This document shows, piece by piece, positions 26,485 to 39,150 of a DNA stretch of 64,000 bases. The first letter of the stretch is position 1; every line of letters begins with the position of its first letter. Location: NCBI RefSeq assembly GCF_036321535.1, contig NC_087437.1, positions 43,154,001 to 43,218,000 of the forward strand. The letters are read 5' to 3'. The notes below the pieces were generated by a model that was not told the DNA's origin, did no database searches, and saw only the letters and a list, made by a program, of their open reading frames with translations. The DNA is from Camelus dromedarius (taxonomy: Eukaryota). The position numbers and the translations under genes were made by a program.

Positions 26485-27554
26485 GCTAGACCTCTTTTAA
26501 ATTATTAAGGCAGTGAAACTAAACACTCTCATGGGCTATGAGCTTGAGACTCTAGAACTCAGATTCTCACTTATTATACACATTTATTATTCAATATTTA
26601 CCTACAAAAATAAGAAGTTTGGTAGATGGCTGTATTCTAAATTGAGGAAACAGGAAAAACACAAAATCAAGAGATGCAAACATTCGTAGGAGGAATAATA
26701 GTATTGATTTTATGAGAGGCATCTAGTATTGTTGAGCTCATTCAGGCCATCTTTTTAAAATTTAAATGATTCAGGATAATATATCACGGATATCCCAGTT
26801 CAGATTTTGTCTGGTTTAGAACCAACAGTGGGCTTATTAGTTTGTTTCTGGTGATGGGGGAGAAAAATTAGTGTGTAACTTGAGTTTCAAGTCAGAGAGG
26901 TAAATGGCAATCTCCTAAGTCAAAATATAGAGCATAAAGAAAAGAAGTCCCTCAATGAAACAGACTCTTAAAGCTGCCACTTATTCCATGTCTGTTTTCT
27001 TTGCTAATGTATGAAGGCAGCAAGGCTCATTATTTTCATATTTCTAGGTTCAAGTTAACCAAAGGGTTAAATTAAAAATGGAGGCTGAAGAGAACTGTCC
27101 TTCGGTGGGGTGGCATCATCTCTATCATTCTTATCTTTTACCTGTTCTTAGGGGTACCCACTAAGTATGATGGCTGCTCTCGTGTGTTACCAAGGTGGAA
27201 TCCCCTTAAAATGGGAGCCCAGCTACCCAAGGAGGTAAGATGAGGGACAAGAACCTGACTGGCAAGGAGACTGGATGTCACCCAACATATTGAAGAACAG
27301 CTCTTTACATTGCCCTGCGGTAGGAACAGCACTCGTTCTAGGTTTGGAGTGGCACTGAGACCGAGGCTGATCACAGAGAGTGAGCAGTGGAAATCTGTGA
27401 GGGCACAGAGTAATACAGGTCATTTTACTTTCTAATCTGACATTTGTTAAGAGCCACAGTGTATTATTTGGTTCCTGCATTCAGGCAGCGTTAAAAAGTG
27501 AACTGAATGTCGATCTAGAAGTATTGTGTGCATTTCTGTGGCTGTGCTTAATAA

Positions 27555-27760
27555 TAATTTATGGCATGTAGTATATGATAGTGATGTTCTGTTTTTAGTT
27601 CTCTTAATTCTTACAGCGAGGTAAGTATTATACCTGGATTTCTAGATGAGAAACCTGAAACGTAGTGAAGGTGAGATGCTTGCCTAAGAACACAGAGCTA
27701 GTAAGTGGTGACAGAGAGATTCACACCCATGTTTGATGAATTTCAGAGCCTGAGCTAGCT
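27555..27760 (-). mobile_element. MIR SINE
   Basis: atttctagatgagaaacctgaaac...cttgcctaagaacacagagctagtaagtggtg. Confidence 0.85.
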
Positions 27761-27814
27761 ACGTTTTTGTAGCTATGATTAAGCTAGCTGCACTTAAGAT
27801 TCTTAACCACTAAG

Positions 27815-28025
27815 AATTTAGCACAGAGGCTAATATTTGGGCTCTAGGCAAGGCTGCCTGGGTGAACCTTAGGTTTCTTACTGTAAAATGAGGATAATAG
27901 TAGAATTCAATTCCTAGGGGCCTCATTAATATGAAATGAACTGATACATGAGAAGTGCTTAGACCAAATGGTGCCTAACCCATAGTGAGTGCTCTGTAAA
28001 CAGTAGCTATTATTACTAGCATTAT
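27815..28025 (+). mobile_element. MIR SINE
   Basis: ctgtaaaatgaggataatagtag...gaagtgcttaga...catagtgagtgctc. Confidence 0.8.
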
Positions 28026-28894
28026 CATTACTAATCATCAAATACCACCAACCCTACAAGTAAGGACTGAACAGTAGCCTTATAAATAAATGAATGATTT
28101 TGTTTTTACCTGGAGGTATTAAAATTCAATTTTTAAAGTTGAAATGAAGAATATACTATATGTTAAATAACAAATTAATTTCAGTACTTCGAAACAGGCT
28201 GGCAAGGGTAGAGAGAAATGTAAAACAGCAAGAAAAAATGAGAAGGAGAGAGACAGATATGGAGAAAGAGACAGTGAGACAGCTACACAGCAGCAGCCAG
28301 GTTAGAGACAAGGATGGACCTAAGGACAGAGAGACGAATGTACTTTCCGAGAGACTGTTCATCAAGCAATACAATTACCCTGTGGTTCCAAGTGAACTGT
28401 TACCTTAAACAAGATCGCATTTTCATAATTCTAAGCAGACATCAGAATATCCTCTCTTTGCATTTATTTAGATGGAGGCTGAAATGAAGCATTCCAAAAA
28501 GTAACGGTCACAGTATCATTGGGAACTCATGATAATGTGGAATCAGAATAAAGAACAGAAGATAGGTCCCAAATAAGCAAAACATAAGAAAATGGATACT
28601 TTATCAGTGTTCTCTTTACTCAATAAAATATTCCAATTGCTTGGGTTTAAAATTTACAGAGACACATGGTTTCATAACTCAGTTTTCTTTGTTTAAAACT
28701 CAACTTCATGTTTGTCTTTATCTGCTAAGTGCTAATGAGTTAGTACAAAACTGTGTGAAACAGTTAAGGGAGGGGAAAGGCGGCACAAATGTTAGCTTTA
28801 TATTTTCAAATTTGGTGCTTAGACTGCTGATGATTGCTCTCCTTTGGGGGGGGGAATTATAAATTACTTCCACTTTAAACATTATAACAATCCG

Positions 28895-29120
28895 GTAATC
28901 TGTGGCAAGATTGCCTGGCTTTAAATGTCAACTTCACCACTTAGTATATGACTGACTTTGGACAATTATTTGACCTTTCTATACTCTTTATCTTTAAGCC
29001 CAGATTAATAACGGTACAGAATTCTTGTGGGAATTAAGTGGGATAAATATGCAAGTGTTTAGAATAGTGCCTTACACCTATCTGTACTCAACAGATGTTA
29101 ACTGTCAGCATTAGCTATTA
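28895..29120 (+). mobile_element. MIR SINE
   Basis: gactttggacaattatttgacct...gtgggaattaagtgggataa...tagaatagtgcct. Confidence 0.8.
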
Positions 29121-29589
29121 TGTGCAGGATTATATTCTTCAGCTTACTTTCCATAAACAAGTTACATATGCACTGGTTAGATATGAAATGTTTCGATGAT
29201 ACTTTATAGCTTTGTTCTTAAAGTTACGCTTTTTATACTTTATTCCCTCCAACCAAGTTAGAGATGGTCAAGGAGAAAATGAAGAAACAAATAAACTAAG
29301 GAAAAGAGGGATAAATATTTGAAGTCAAAGAATAATGGGACTATATTTGTAACTCTACATTATTAGAAAATAATGTCTTTTAAGGATATGAACTTGTTAG
29401 GATTCAAATTACATTGATTGTAATAATAATTGGTTATAACAACATGTTTTGAAAACACTCGTATTTTTCATCATCACAGCTGAGAATGTCTTGAAAGTAG
29501 AAACGCAAGTGTTGATAACCCTAGGGATATAAACTTTCACTCACTCACTTATAAACTCATTGTTAAGTACTTTAAAACAGTGACCTTTA

Positions 29590-29820
29590 AGAAAATGGGT
29601 TCTGGGGTTAAATGACATAGTGCTCAAAATTCATTTTCATCGATAGCTACAACCCTAGTTGACCTCTCCAGCTCTTGATTTTCACATCTGCAGAAAAGGG
29701 CCAATGATAAGTCTATCACAAGGGCTGTTGTGAGCTTTATTGGGCTAATGCACATAAAGGGCTAGAACTGTGCTTGACATTCCATAATTTTTGCATTCCA
29801 TAATTGTGACTATTATGTTA
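29590..29820 (+). mobile_element. MIR SINE
   Basis: ttttcacatctgcagaaaaggg...gggctgttgtgag...ctagaactgtgcttgaca. Confidence 0.7.
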
Positions 29821-29824
29821 ATCC

Positions 29825-30485
29825 CTAGGCTGGGAGAGACAGTGATCAGAAAGATGCTGTTCTTGGCCTCAAGCAGATTGCAAGTTGATTGGAGGAGACC
29901 AAAGAGTAAACGTGTTCTTATAATACAGCATGGTAACCGTTCTGCAATGATTAGAAGTACGTTAGGTTGCTGGTAGAACAAAGAGTCATGAGAACCCATC
30001 CATTTTAGGGGATGAAGGGTACCTTTCTGGAGAATGTGGTCTTGTGAACTGGATCATGAGAACATTAGATTTCACCTGAGAAGAGAGTGCAGAAGGGCAT
30101 CAAAACTTGAGGGAATTGTGTGTGCCCAGGATAGTTTTGGGAAAATTCAGGTAGTCTAGTATTGCTGGAGAAAAATGTGGGAGGGTGGAACAACTGGTAG
30201 AAGACGTAAGGAAAGAAGTGAGCAGGGGTCAGGTCTGAAGAGTTTTGGCGTAGGTGTTAAGGAAGTTAGACTGCCAGGGACCCCTCGGAAGAACCGCATG
30301 ATGAGAATGAAGCTGGTGAAGTTTACCCTTTTCTTCCCTTCAGTACAACACGGAGAGCAGATGGAAGGAAGGCAGTTCCTGGCAAGTCCAGTTGGGAGGT
30401 CTTAATAGCACCCGAGAGGGCATGACAGTGGGGAGAGAGAGAAGTGGATGGATTCTATGCAGGTGGAGTCAAGGAGACTTGATAT
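29825..30485 (-). mobile_element. L2 LINE fragment
   Basis: ggagagacagtgatcagaaagatgctgttcttggcctcaag...gagagaagtggatggattct matches antisense L2. Confidence 0.7.
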
Positions 30486-32844
30486 TTCCTCACATCTTTA
30501 AATATGAATATAGGCCTTTCCCTAAAATGATTATTTCAAACCGATTTTCACTTTACTTCCTGAGTATAAATCTGGGCATTGTAATTTGTTTTGCCAAAAA
30601 GAACTTACAATATTCATGTTTGGCGTCCTTGATATGAACATTGTTCATCCCCAATTCCGTAACTATCGTATAGAATATTTCTGCTTGAAATTTACCCAGT
30701 CTATGTTCCAATACCAAGAGAATAATAAGCAAAATAAACATGCCACTTCTTTTTTTCTTGTTCTGCGAATGATAAACAATTTTCTTGCTGTGACCCTCCT
30801 TACTTATTGAAGAGCTCCAACATTTGTGGGTCTGGTTTTGCACTATTACAGGATAAAGGTAGCAAAATGGACTAACTGAGCCATTGTTCTTTGTCAAGAG
30901 AAAGGTTTTGCCTTTTTCCTAAACTTGGTATCAGTTTTCTCTTCATTTTCTGCCCATTGACCAGTATATAAAAGTCTTCTTGTGCTTCCTGGTACTACCT
31001 TGCTGAGAAAATTAAATTACTTAAATGAGTAGCATCCATTGTTCTTGCAGATAGAAAGTTTATTAGTCAAAAATATATAAACTGTTCCACACACTGCATT
31101 GGTTGATAGTTTAAACTATCCTTCTTTTTTATCCAAGTCAAAAATAAAATCCTTGTTTCATTCACACTGTCTTTTATGTCATGATGCAAGAAAATGGGTT
31201 TCCAGATTTATTTTTTTCTTTATTTCTATTTTATTAATGTTTCAACTCTTGCTGAACAAAAGACATTTAAATAAGACAGCAGAGAGTTGTATTTTAAGTT
31301 ATTTGGAGGATTTTTTAAATGCCTAATAAATTAACATGTTTACAATAGCCAGAGATACACATCAAACAGTTTTACCATTGATATAAAAAGCTTTGAGTTA
31401 TTTTACAAAACACAGTTGAGTGAGTCTAAAACTTTATTGGTTTCTTGTTAAAACTGGCTAATACAAGAGCTGGTAGAGACAGTGAATCTGAAGTTTTAGA
31501 AAAGGGACTTAAAGGAACTAATGTTTATAGAAATTTTAAATTTCTGAATTTAAAATATTTCACATTTATTGAAAAGATGGGTCACAAATTTTTGTAGATA
31601 TGTTAATTTTACCTAAATACATGAGTGCTTGTCAATAGGATAATTTTTATTTATGTTTAATAAGTACCTTGTATACATAATGCCTGCATTTCATTTGGAA
31701 GTATCGTCAGTATAATCCGGAAGAAAGTGACTCATTAAGCTGCAGTCTCCCTCCTGCAGCAGCCCAAGCACTGCTGATATGCAGGAAGCAAGAGGCAGCA
31801 GGCTCTCTGCCTCCAGAAGACCTTGGGATCACAGCCCTTTGGAGCTCATCAGAGCCCATTCAGGCTCATCCCGAGGGGTCACTTGCTGCGCTGCCTGATT
31901 CTCCTTCTTCCTGGGGGCTGAACGCACAGCTTCAGCGAGACACCCAACTCCTGCTGGCTTAAGAAAAGAGTTATTTTAATGATGATTATAATGAGCTTTA
32001 GTGTTGCTGGGAGCCAAATGTATCCTTAAGTCCAAGAGAGAACGCTGCAATCAGGGCGAAGTATAATGTGGCTTAGATTATTATTTGATAAGTTGGCCTT
32101 TTAATTTTTCCCTTCTTCTGTACTCGTTTATTGCCTACTGTTCCAAGGTGAATAATTGCCATGTATCTTTATGGAGATACCATAGCAGCTGAGACAGACT
32201 GATGCACTGAAAGGAGGGGACTGCCTCAGACCGCTTATCCTGACACATGAAGCAGTGAAACTGGGCCTTTGATCCCCACACCTGATTTCATTTCTGGTAC
32301 TTGATTTTGCCTCCAGCAACCATTACAAGTTACTTTTTATTAAGTGACTCCGGCCTTAGCAGATGGCTTTTAACTACTTCTGAGTCCATCCTTGCACTGC
32401 ATTGTTATGAGAAGTTGATTAAGGAAACATCTAATAAAAGAAACTTCAGCGAGACAGTTCGATCCGATGATGCCCTGGCAATCCTTAGAGTCAGTGGATG
32501 CTGAGTGTGAACTCTGGTCCTTAATAGAGTTTGTTTGATGTCATCTTGTCTGAAATGGTTATGTTTATTTTATCTTCTGCTAGGCTTTATGATGGAAAAA
32601 TTTATGGAAAAGAGTAAAGTTAAATAGTTTTTATTTTTAAGCTGTTGGGACCTCTTAAGGGAAGTACATTGACTTGATAGCTTCTCATTTCCATTTTCAC
32701 ACAAAAAGGTTTATCACTCCAGATAATATTGGGAATGCATGAGAGACTGGAAACTGGAGGTCTCAGTACCAGCTTGCTACGTAACAGCTCTCCGTCAGTG
32801 GCTCCTAAAATGTTTAGGGAGTGAGTCATAGTAAGTACCACACT

Positions 32845-33068
32845 TTCCAGGGCAACGCAGTATACACTGTGTGTTAAACACTGGAAAAAACAAAAAGTTT
32901 CACAGAATAATACCCTTTGTAACAGATGATGGACTCTTATTTTCTATTCTAGTTTATTAAGGAGAGATGCTTGTTTCTCTTCTAAATTGAAGAGAGATTT
33001 TCTTCAGTTGGTTTCTCACCAAATTGGCTTCACAATCCATGAATGGGTCTCAGTTTGTAAAACACTGC
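32845..33068. mobile_element. hAT-Charlie element (MER58D-like) fragment
   Basis: aacaaaaagtttcacagaataatacc...aaattggcttcacaatccatgaatgggtc..cagtttgtaaaacactg terminal motif. Confidence 0.6.
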
Positions 33069-33499
33069 TCTAAACCACAGGTTACACAACCTAGAATAGA
33101 GAGGCATAGAGTAAATTTCTGAAAGTTCCTCTCAACTGTAAACTCTGTGACTCTGACTGAAAATCTACCTCCTGTGGTAGATTCCAGTCAGTGCGAATCC
33201 TGAATAGGCCAACAGTTGCATCGCCTGCCTGTGTGACCCGTCCAGTATGTGGCTCTATCTGGTGCCAGTTGTTTTTAAAATAAGTAGCAAAGTGTAAGGA
33301 TATTTTTAAAGAACACTTTAAAACAATCACACAAAAATACTTATAAAAGTACCTGAAACTTTTCTGTTACTGTACAATATATATTACAATCGGTGAATTG
33401 AATGTGCTAAACTTTTCTTGAACCACTACAATAAAATAATTTCTGAATTGCTGAGCCACAGTAATTTATGTAATGAGACCCACTTTTTCTCTGTCCCCA

Positions 33500-33675
33500 A
33501 GGTAGACCAGGCTGGCGTGGAAATTCCGTGAGGACAGGGACCATCGTGTCTTTCAGCCTTATTGACCGTTTTTTTCCCCAAAGCAAGGCCCTATTCCAGG
33601 CCCAGTTCCATGGCACTCATTAAATAGTTGTTGATTCTATGAATCTAGATGAATGGATGAGTGGATGGATAAACA
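33500..33675 (+). mobile_element. L2 LINE 3' end
   Basis: tccgtgaggacagggaccatcgtgtc...cactcattaaatagttgttga...gaatggatgagtggatgg. Confidence 0.75.
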
Positions 33676-34294
33676 AGTTTGTTTTATTAAGACCCTCTAG
33701 GTAACTTGGAAATAGCAAACTTTTTATCTCTGGTGTTGCTTTCTTTTAGTCCTTTCTGGACTGACTTACCTTCATGAATGCACATGTTCTGATCTCTTGT
33801 TTCCCCTAAACTGCTTCCTTACGAGTGCCTTCTTGCCTGACCACGCTCCTGACTCTCCTCTTTTTACATTTTTTTCTCGCAAAACTGACCTGCCTATTAT
33901 CTGATTCCTCAGATCATTTAGTTCCACACTAACTAGTGCCCGTTACTTGGTTCTTCTGGCCATTTAGTTACACGCTAATTAATTCATGTGAAGGAATAAA
34001 GAAATCTCATTCATTGCTTATCGTGTGACTGCTTCCAGAAGAGTCTGTGCCTCGATCTTACATCTCTTCTGGCAGCAGGCATCCTGTTGGGTGGTGGTGC
34101 TATTAGCTCTGTCAGGAAGATACGGGAACGCTGAAGGTGCGCGTTTTGTCAGTACCCCACAAGGAACCTCGTACAGTTGATGTTTGAATTTTCCTCAGAA
34201 AATGCTGACCCTGCACTTGGGACAGAGATTAATTAGAAGTCCTGGAAATATTGACGTGTTCATGTAGATGTATTTTGCTTTCTATGGTCTAGGA

Positions 34295-34465
34295 GAGTTT
34301 TTTCAAACTGTGGTTGTGGATTTGGGGGTGTTTCTAAAAAGGGTCAATTTCTGAGTCACAGTCCAGACCTGTTAAATCAGAATTTCTGAATATAAGTAAC
34401 TAGAAATCTTTATTTGAAAATAAAATATCTCAAATAGTATGCATGCATGCTAAATTGAAGACTCA
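34295..34465. mobile_element. MER5-like hAT-Charlie element
   Basis: tttttcaaactgtgg...ccagacctgttaaatcagaatttctg...agaaatctttatt. Confidence 0.6.
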
Positions 34466-34971
34466 AATTTTAAATATGTTTTCATGTTGAAAAATGTCTG
34501 TGATAACTTATTTGAAGATAAGTTTCGGTGTCCCCTTCTCCAGGACACTGGCCCAAAGGCCACATTTTCCCTCTTGCATTTTAAATGGTCGTGGGACAAG
34601 GTTACATGAAAGCACGGTCTAGTCAGTAGGCACTTACAGGCAATAGTATTCTGCTTATGAAGACTTCTCAGAAGCCTACCTCCGTAACAGACAAAGCCAG
34701 CTTTCATTTCATCACAGATTTTTTGCTTAGGAAAGACAAAAGATGGTAAATGAGAGGATAGAAGTAGATGATCTTTTAATCCTGTTTCAGCTCTAGGAAA
34801 AAAATATCTTTCATTATACCACACATTATTAGGAAGTTAAATCACTAAGGAGAAACACAATGAAACTAAATGTTTTATTTGTATTTCTATGCAAATGTGT
34901 TTTGGATCTTCCAGACCTTTAGATTTTCCATTTTTCTCTACTAGCAAGGGTAACAGAGTTAAATTTATTCT

Positions 34972-35300
34972 TTAAACAAGTATTACTGACTGCCTACTAG
35001 GTAGCAGGCATAATGCTAGAACCTGGAGATGGAAGAAGAAACAAAGACTTGATACCTGTTCTCATGGAGGTTTTGATATTTCCAAGGAGATAATTATTTG
35101 TGAAATTAATTTTTTATGATATCTAAGTACAGTTGCAATGAGAATATGCGAGAGGTAGACCAGGGCACCTGATCCGGCCTTGGGGGTCAAGGATCACTGC
35201 CTTGAGGAATGATATTTAATCACAGTCTTGAAGAATGAACAAGAGGTAGTGACCAGGCAAAGGGTCAGGTGGAGCATTTCAGGCAGACACAGCATCACTG
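34972..35300 (-). mobile_element. L2 LINE fragment
   Basis: aacaagtattactgactgcctactaggtagcaggcataatgctag...cctgttctcatggag. Confidence 0.8.
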
Positions 35301-36039
35301 AAGAGCCCATCCTTTCATTCTTAGAGATGTTTTTTTGAAGTGTTCATATGCAGCACAGCACACATTTTCTAAGTAAACTCTATAGTTTTAGTTTTACACA
35401 ATCACTTCTTTACTTTCTACTTCAGATGTGTCAGTTCTGGTCACCAAACTCTAAGGTAAAACACAAATGTGTAATAATTTTTTATAATAAGCATGTGTTC
35501 AGGGTGCTTACTCTGTGCCAACTACTGCCCTTAGTATATTTATGAATTATCCTGTTTCATCTTTACAACAAAACAAAGGCAAACACACATCATATAAATT
35601 TTATTTGATTATTTATACAGATTATTAGAGAAGGCCTGGAGATAGTAGAGAATTTTTAAAGCAAGAAAATATATCTATTACTGCTAGAAAAATTATAAAA
35701 TACTTTTGCATCGTCTTTGAAATACAGTAACACACTGCATACCCATTTACTCATTTTAAAGGATTGGAAAAGTGACTCCCATTTGGCCAAGATAAAGTAG
35801 CAGACATGCATTGGTGCCAAGTAGGAAGCTGCTATGACTTGATGGATATCATGAGTATATGCTGGGCCGAAAAGAGCCCCTATGGGCCAGAGATAAACCT
35901 GTATTTAGAGTCTGTTGTATTTTCAGGAGTCTACTATAAAATTATAATTTTTTTAGAATGAAGAAATAATTTTAAGCAATGGCACCTCTGAGGAATTAGC
36001 AAAATAACAGAATCAATTGAAAAAAATGCAGAGTTAGTA

Positions 36040-36380
36040 TCTGCAGACTGGGTTGGTAGCCTTTGCTGTCTCAGTAACCAGCTCTGTGTAGCTTTGTGAA
36101 AGTCATTACCCTGTATAAGCTTTTCTTTTTTTATCTTCATCTTTGGCCTTGGGCTGTACTCATATACTAAGCCATTAGGGACAATACTAAGGGAAGTTTT
36201 GTTGTACAGGCATTGTAGCCACACCAAATCCAAGGTCTGACAAATATACTACTGGTGTGATCTTCACAAACTTACTTAAGCTCTCTGTACCTCCCTTTCT
36301 TCATCGGTACAAGGAGAATGACAGTGTTTTCACTATCCTTGGTAGTGTTAATACTTATCATAAGACTTTTGTGAAGAACC
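36040..36380 (+). mobile_element. MIR SINE fragments
   Basis: gtgtgatcttcacaaacttacttaagctctctgtacctccctttcttcatc. Confidence 0.65.
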
Positions 36381-36822
36381 ATTTATTCAACACGTTTTTA
36401 AGAGCACCTACTGTGTGCTAGGCACTATGGCACTTTTCAGTGCAGGAAAGAAAAATAGTAAATGAAAGAACAAGATAAGTGGAGAGTATGGAGAAAAATT
36501 AATTTAAAAGGGGCAGGAATATTTTAAATAGCATACACAGGGAAGATCTCTCTAATAAAATGGCATTTGAGCAGAGACTTGAAAGACATGAGCGAATAAG
36601 TCTTACAGGCCCAGAGGGAGTGGGAGTGTATCAGTAAAAGGAACAGCACAGGCAGAGGCCTTGACATCAGGGTGCATGACATATTCCTAGAACTGCAAGG
36701 AGGCCATTGTGGCTACAGCTCTGTGAGCAAAGGGGAGAATTTTGCAGAAATAAGTTCAGAAAGCTATCAGAAGGGTAAGAGCATGTAAAGGCCTTGTAGA
36801 ACGTTATAAGGACTCACTTTTA
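36381..36822 (-). mobile_element. L2 LINE fragment
   Basis: atttattcaacacgtttttaagagcacctactgtgtgctaggcact...catttgagcagagacttgaa...aggaacagcacaggcagaggcc. Confidence 0.85.
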
Positions 36823-37294
36823 CCATATATCATCAAATTTAAGTGACTCTTGAGTGTTAGTTTCACCATTATTCCAAGTATGACTGAGAAAAAAAATTCC
36901 AATCAATACTTTCTAATCAAAAATTTCTTTATTTTGTTTTTCTTTAAAGAGCTCATTCAGTCCTATGCAGACAAAGAGTCTTCTCTGTGCCACTCTGATC
37001 TCCCACTGTGCCTTTTTGCCTACACAATAACTCTAATTCCAATGTTGACTCATAGTAGAAACTTGCTGAAGACATTAAACTCAAGATGGGTAGTCCCAAC
37101 AGTACCTGTAATTCAATCAAAGTGATGACACTATGGGCAGCTTTGACCAAGTTTGTTCATGTGTGAGTAGTGACCACTCTATCACAACTTCCAGACACCT
37201 TTTGATTTTATATATAAAAAATAAATGTGTATTATTGTCAGTTAAATACGGAGTCTAACTTAGATAGAAAGTCAGAGGAGGGGATATTGATTTA

Positions 37295-37799
37295 CTTCAG
37301 AAATCATTCTTGCTCTCGTGAAGAGAAGAGACTGAAATGAGCAAAGGGAGAGGCAGAGAGTGTAGCTAGGAGGTTAATTTTAATTACAGTAATTCAGGTA
37401 GATGGTAGTGGTTTGACTTGAAGTGGTAGTTCAGAAATAGTGTAACTTGGTCAGGTTCATCTGTATTTTGAAAGTAGAACTGACAAGGTTGCTGGTAACT
37501 GGATATGGGGAATGAGAGAAAGAATAAAAAGTCACAGTGACTCCCAGGTTTTTGTCTTGAGATGGAGAAGACTGTGGGCAGTTGGTTTGGGGTCTGTACA
37601 AAAGCTCAGGAGCCTGATTTTAGACATGATACATTTGAATTGCCTGTAACTCATTCAGATCAAAATGTCGGGTAGGCAGTTAGGAAATGAGTCTGGATTT
37701 CAGAGAAGTACAGTTGAGAGATATAAAATTGACATAAAATGACTCCATCCTAGGATACGTGCTGTTTAATACCATGAAACAGGATGGCATCCCCTGGGG
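37295..37799 (-). mobile_element. L2 LINE fragment (continuation)
   Basis: gatggtagtggtttgact...tgactcccaggtttttgtcttgag...tttagacatgatacatttga. Confidence 0.8.
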
Positions 37800-38010
37800 C
37801 AGTGTTTCTCAATATTTTTGACACTATCTACACTTAAAATAACATTTTGCATCACAAAGATACACAACCTACACACTAGAAAAAAATGTACTGTTCCATG
37901 TAACTATATCTTACTTTGTGCAGTACATTTTGGTTTTCTTGTCTCTTCTTTTCTCTTCTTGCTCAAAAACCGAAAGTTACCTGCATGTTTCTCAGATTGA
38001 AAAACAATGG
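37800..38010. mobile_element. hAT-Charlie element (MER58D-like) nested in L2
   Basis: cagtgtttctcaatatttttgac...cagattgaaaaacaatg termini; L2-like sequence resumes after it (tccaaggactgacttgg). Confidence 0.6.
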
Positions 38011-38261
38011 TCTAGAGTACGAATGAAAATAAAGAGATGAGTTCCAAGGACTGACTTGGAGTTTTCCAACATTCAGAAGTTTAATTGATGTAATATATGC
38101 AAAGATCTTCAACAATGCTTAACTAAAAAAGTTAAGTTCTCAAAGCATTTTCATGTTCATAATTAGAATGCACTACCTCCCCCAAATATTCTTTGGTTTA
38201 TTGTCATCAGTTTTACAGTCAGAGGGCTCAGGTTGTAGAATACAGAAAAAGAAGTAGATAA

Positions 38262-38860
38262 TGTGTTAGTTTTCTATGGTATATACCTTATCACCAAAAA
38301 TTTAGTAAGTGAAAACAACATACATTTATTATGTCAGTTTTGATGACTTAGAAATTGGGATACAGTTTAGCTGAGTTTTCTCTTTCAGGACCCCACTAGG
38401 CTACAACCTAGGAGTTAGCCAGGGACGTAGTCTCATCAGGGGCTCAACTGGGGAATATGCACAAAGCTCCTCAGGTATGAGCAGTGTTCACCTCCTTAAG
38501 GTGCAGGACTGAGGTACTTAGGTTTTTGACTGTCTGCCACTCTCAGCTCCTAGATGCTACCTCCTGTTCCTTGCCGTGCGACCCTTTCCAGAGACAGTTC
38601 TGAACCATGCGTCTTACCTCTTCAAGCACAGCAGGTGAATTTCTGAAGCTCCAGTCTGCCAAGTTGGAGTCTTACAAAACATAACATAATCATGAGAATG
38701 ACAGCCCACCACTTTTGCCATATACCATAACCCAATCAAGGGAGTGAAGTCACTCTTGTCACACTCTGTTGGTCAGAAGCAAATCGCGTGTGCCCACCAA
38801 GAGGAGAGGATTGTAAAAGGACCTGACTTACTGGGGGCTCACCTTAGGGCACATCCCCTT
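38262..38860 (-). mobile_element. MaLR solo LTR (MLT1E/F-like)
   Basis: tgtgttagttttctatgg...aaaacaacatacatttattatgtcagttt...ggctcaactgggga...cttttgccata...gaggagaggatt. Confidence 0.85.
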
Positions 38861-38929
38861 ATTCAGGTATTCCCCAGAGCCTGGAACTTGTAGAAACGAG
38901 TGCAATTTCTGTTCTTCATCTTGGATATG

Positions 38930-39150
38930 AAATAGGAGAGCACAGACTAAGGGTTACAAGACCTCAGCTCTACTCTTAGTACTTTTACTTTTAGTCATGT
39001 GACTATGACAATATAATTAACCTGTCAGAACCTCAGTTTTCCCATCTTTAAAATGGTGATGGCAGTGTCTTTCTAGCATCTTTTATCATAGGACTCTCAT
39101 GAGTATGATATGAAATAATTTATGTAAAATTGAATTTTAAGCTATAAAGT
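38930..39150 (+). mobile_element. MIR SINE
   Basis: ttaacctgtcagaacctcagttttcccatctttaaaatgg. Confidence 0.85.

Noticed and set aside
27590..27626. 4-nt microexon-like ttacag|CGAG|gtaagt
   Set aside because: Lies within an antisense MIR whose consensus supplies the donor-like motif; not frame-preserving
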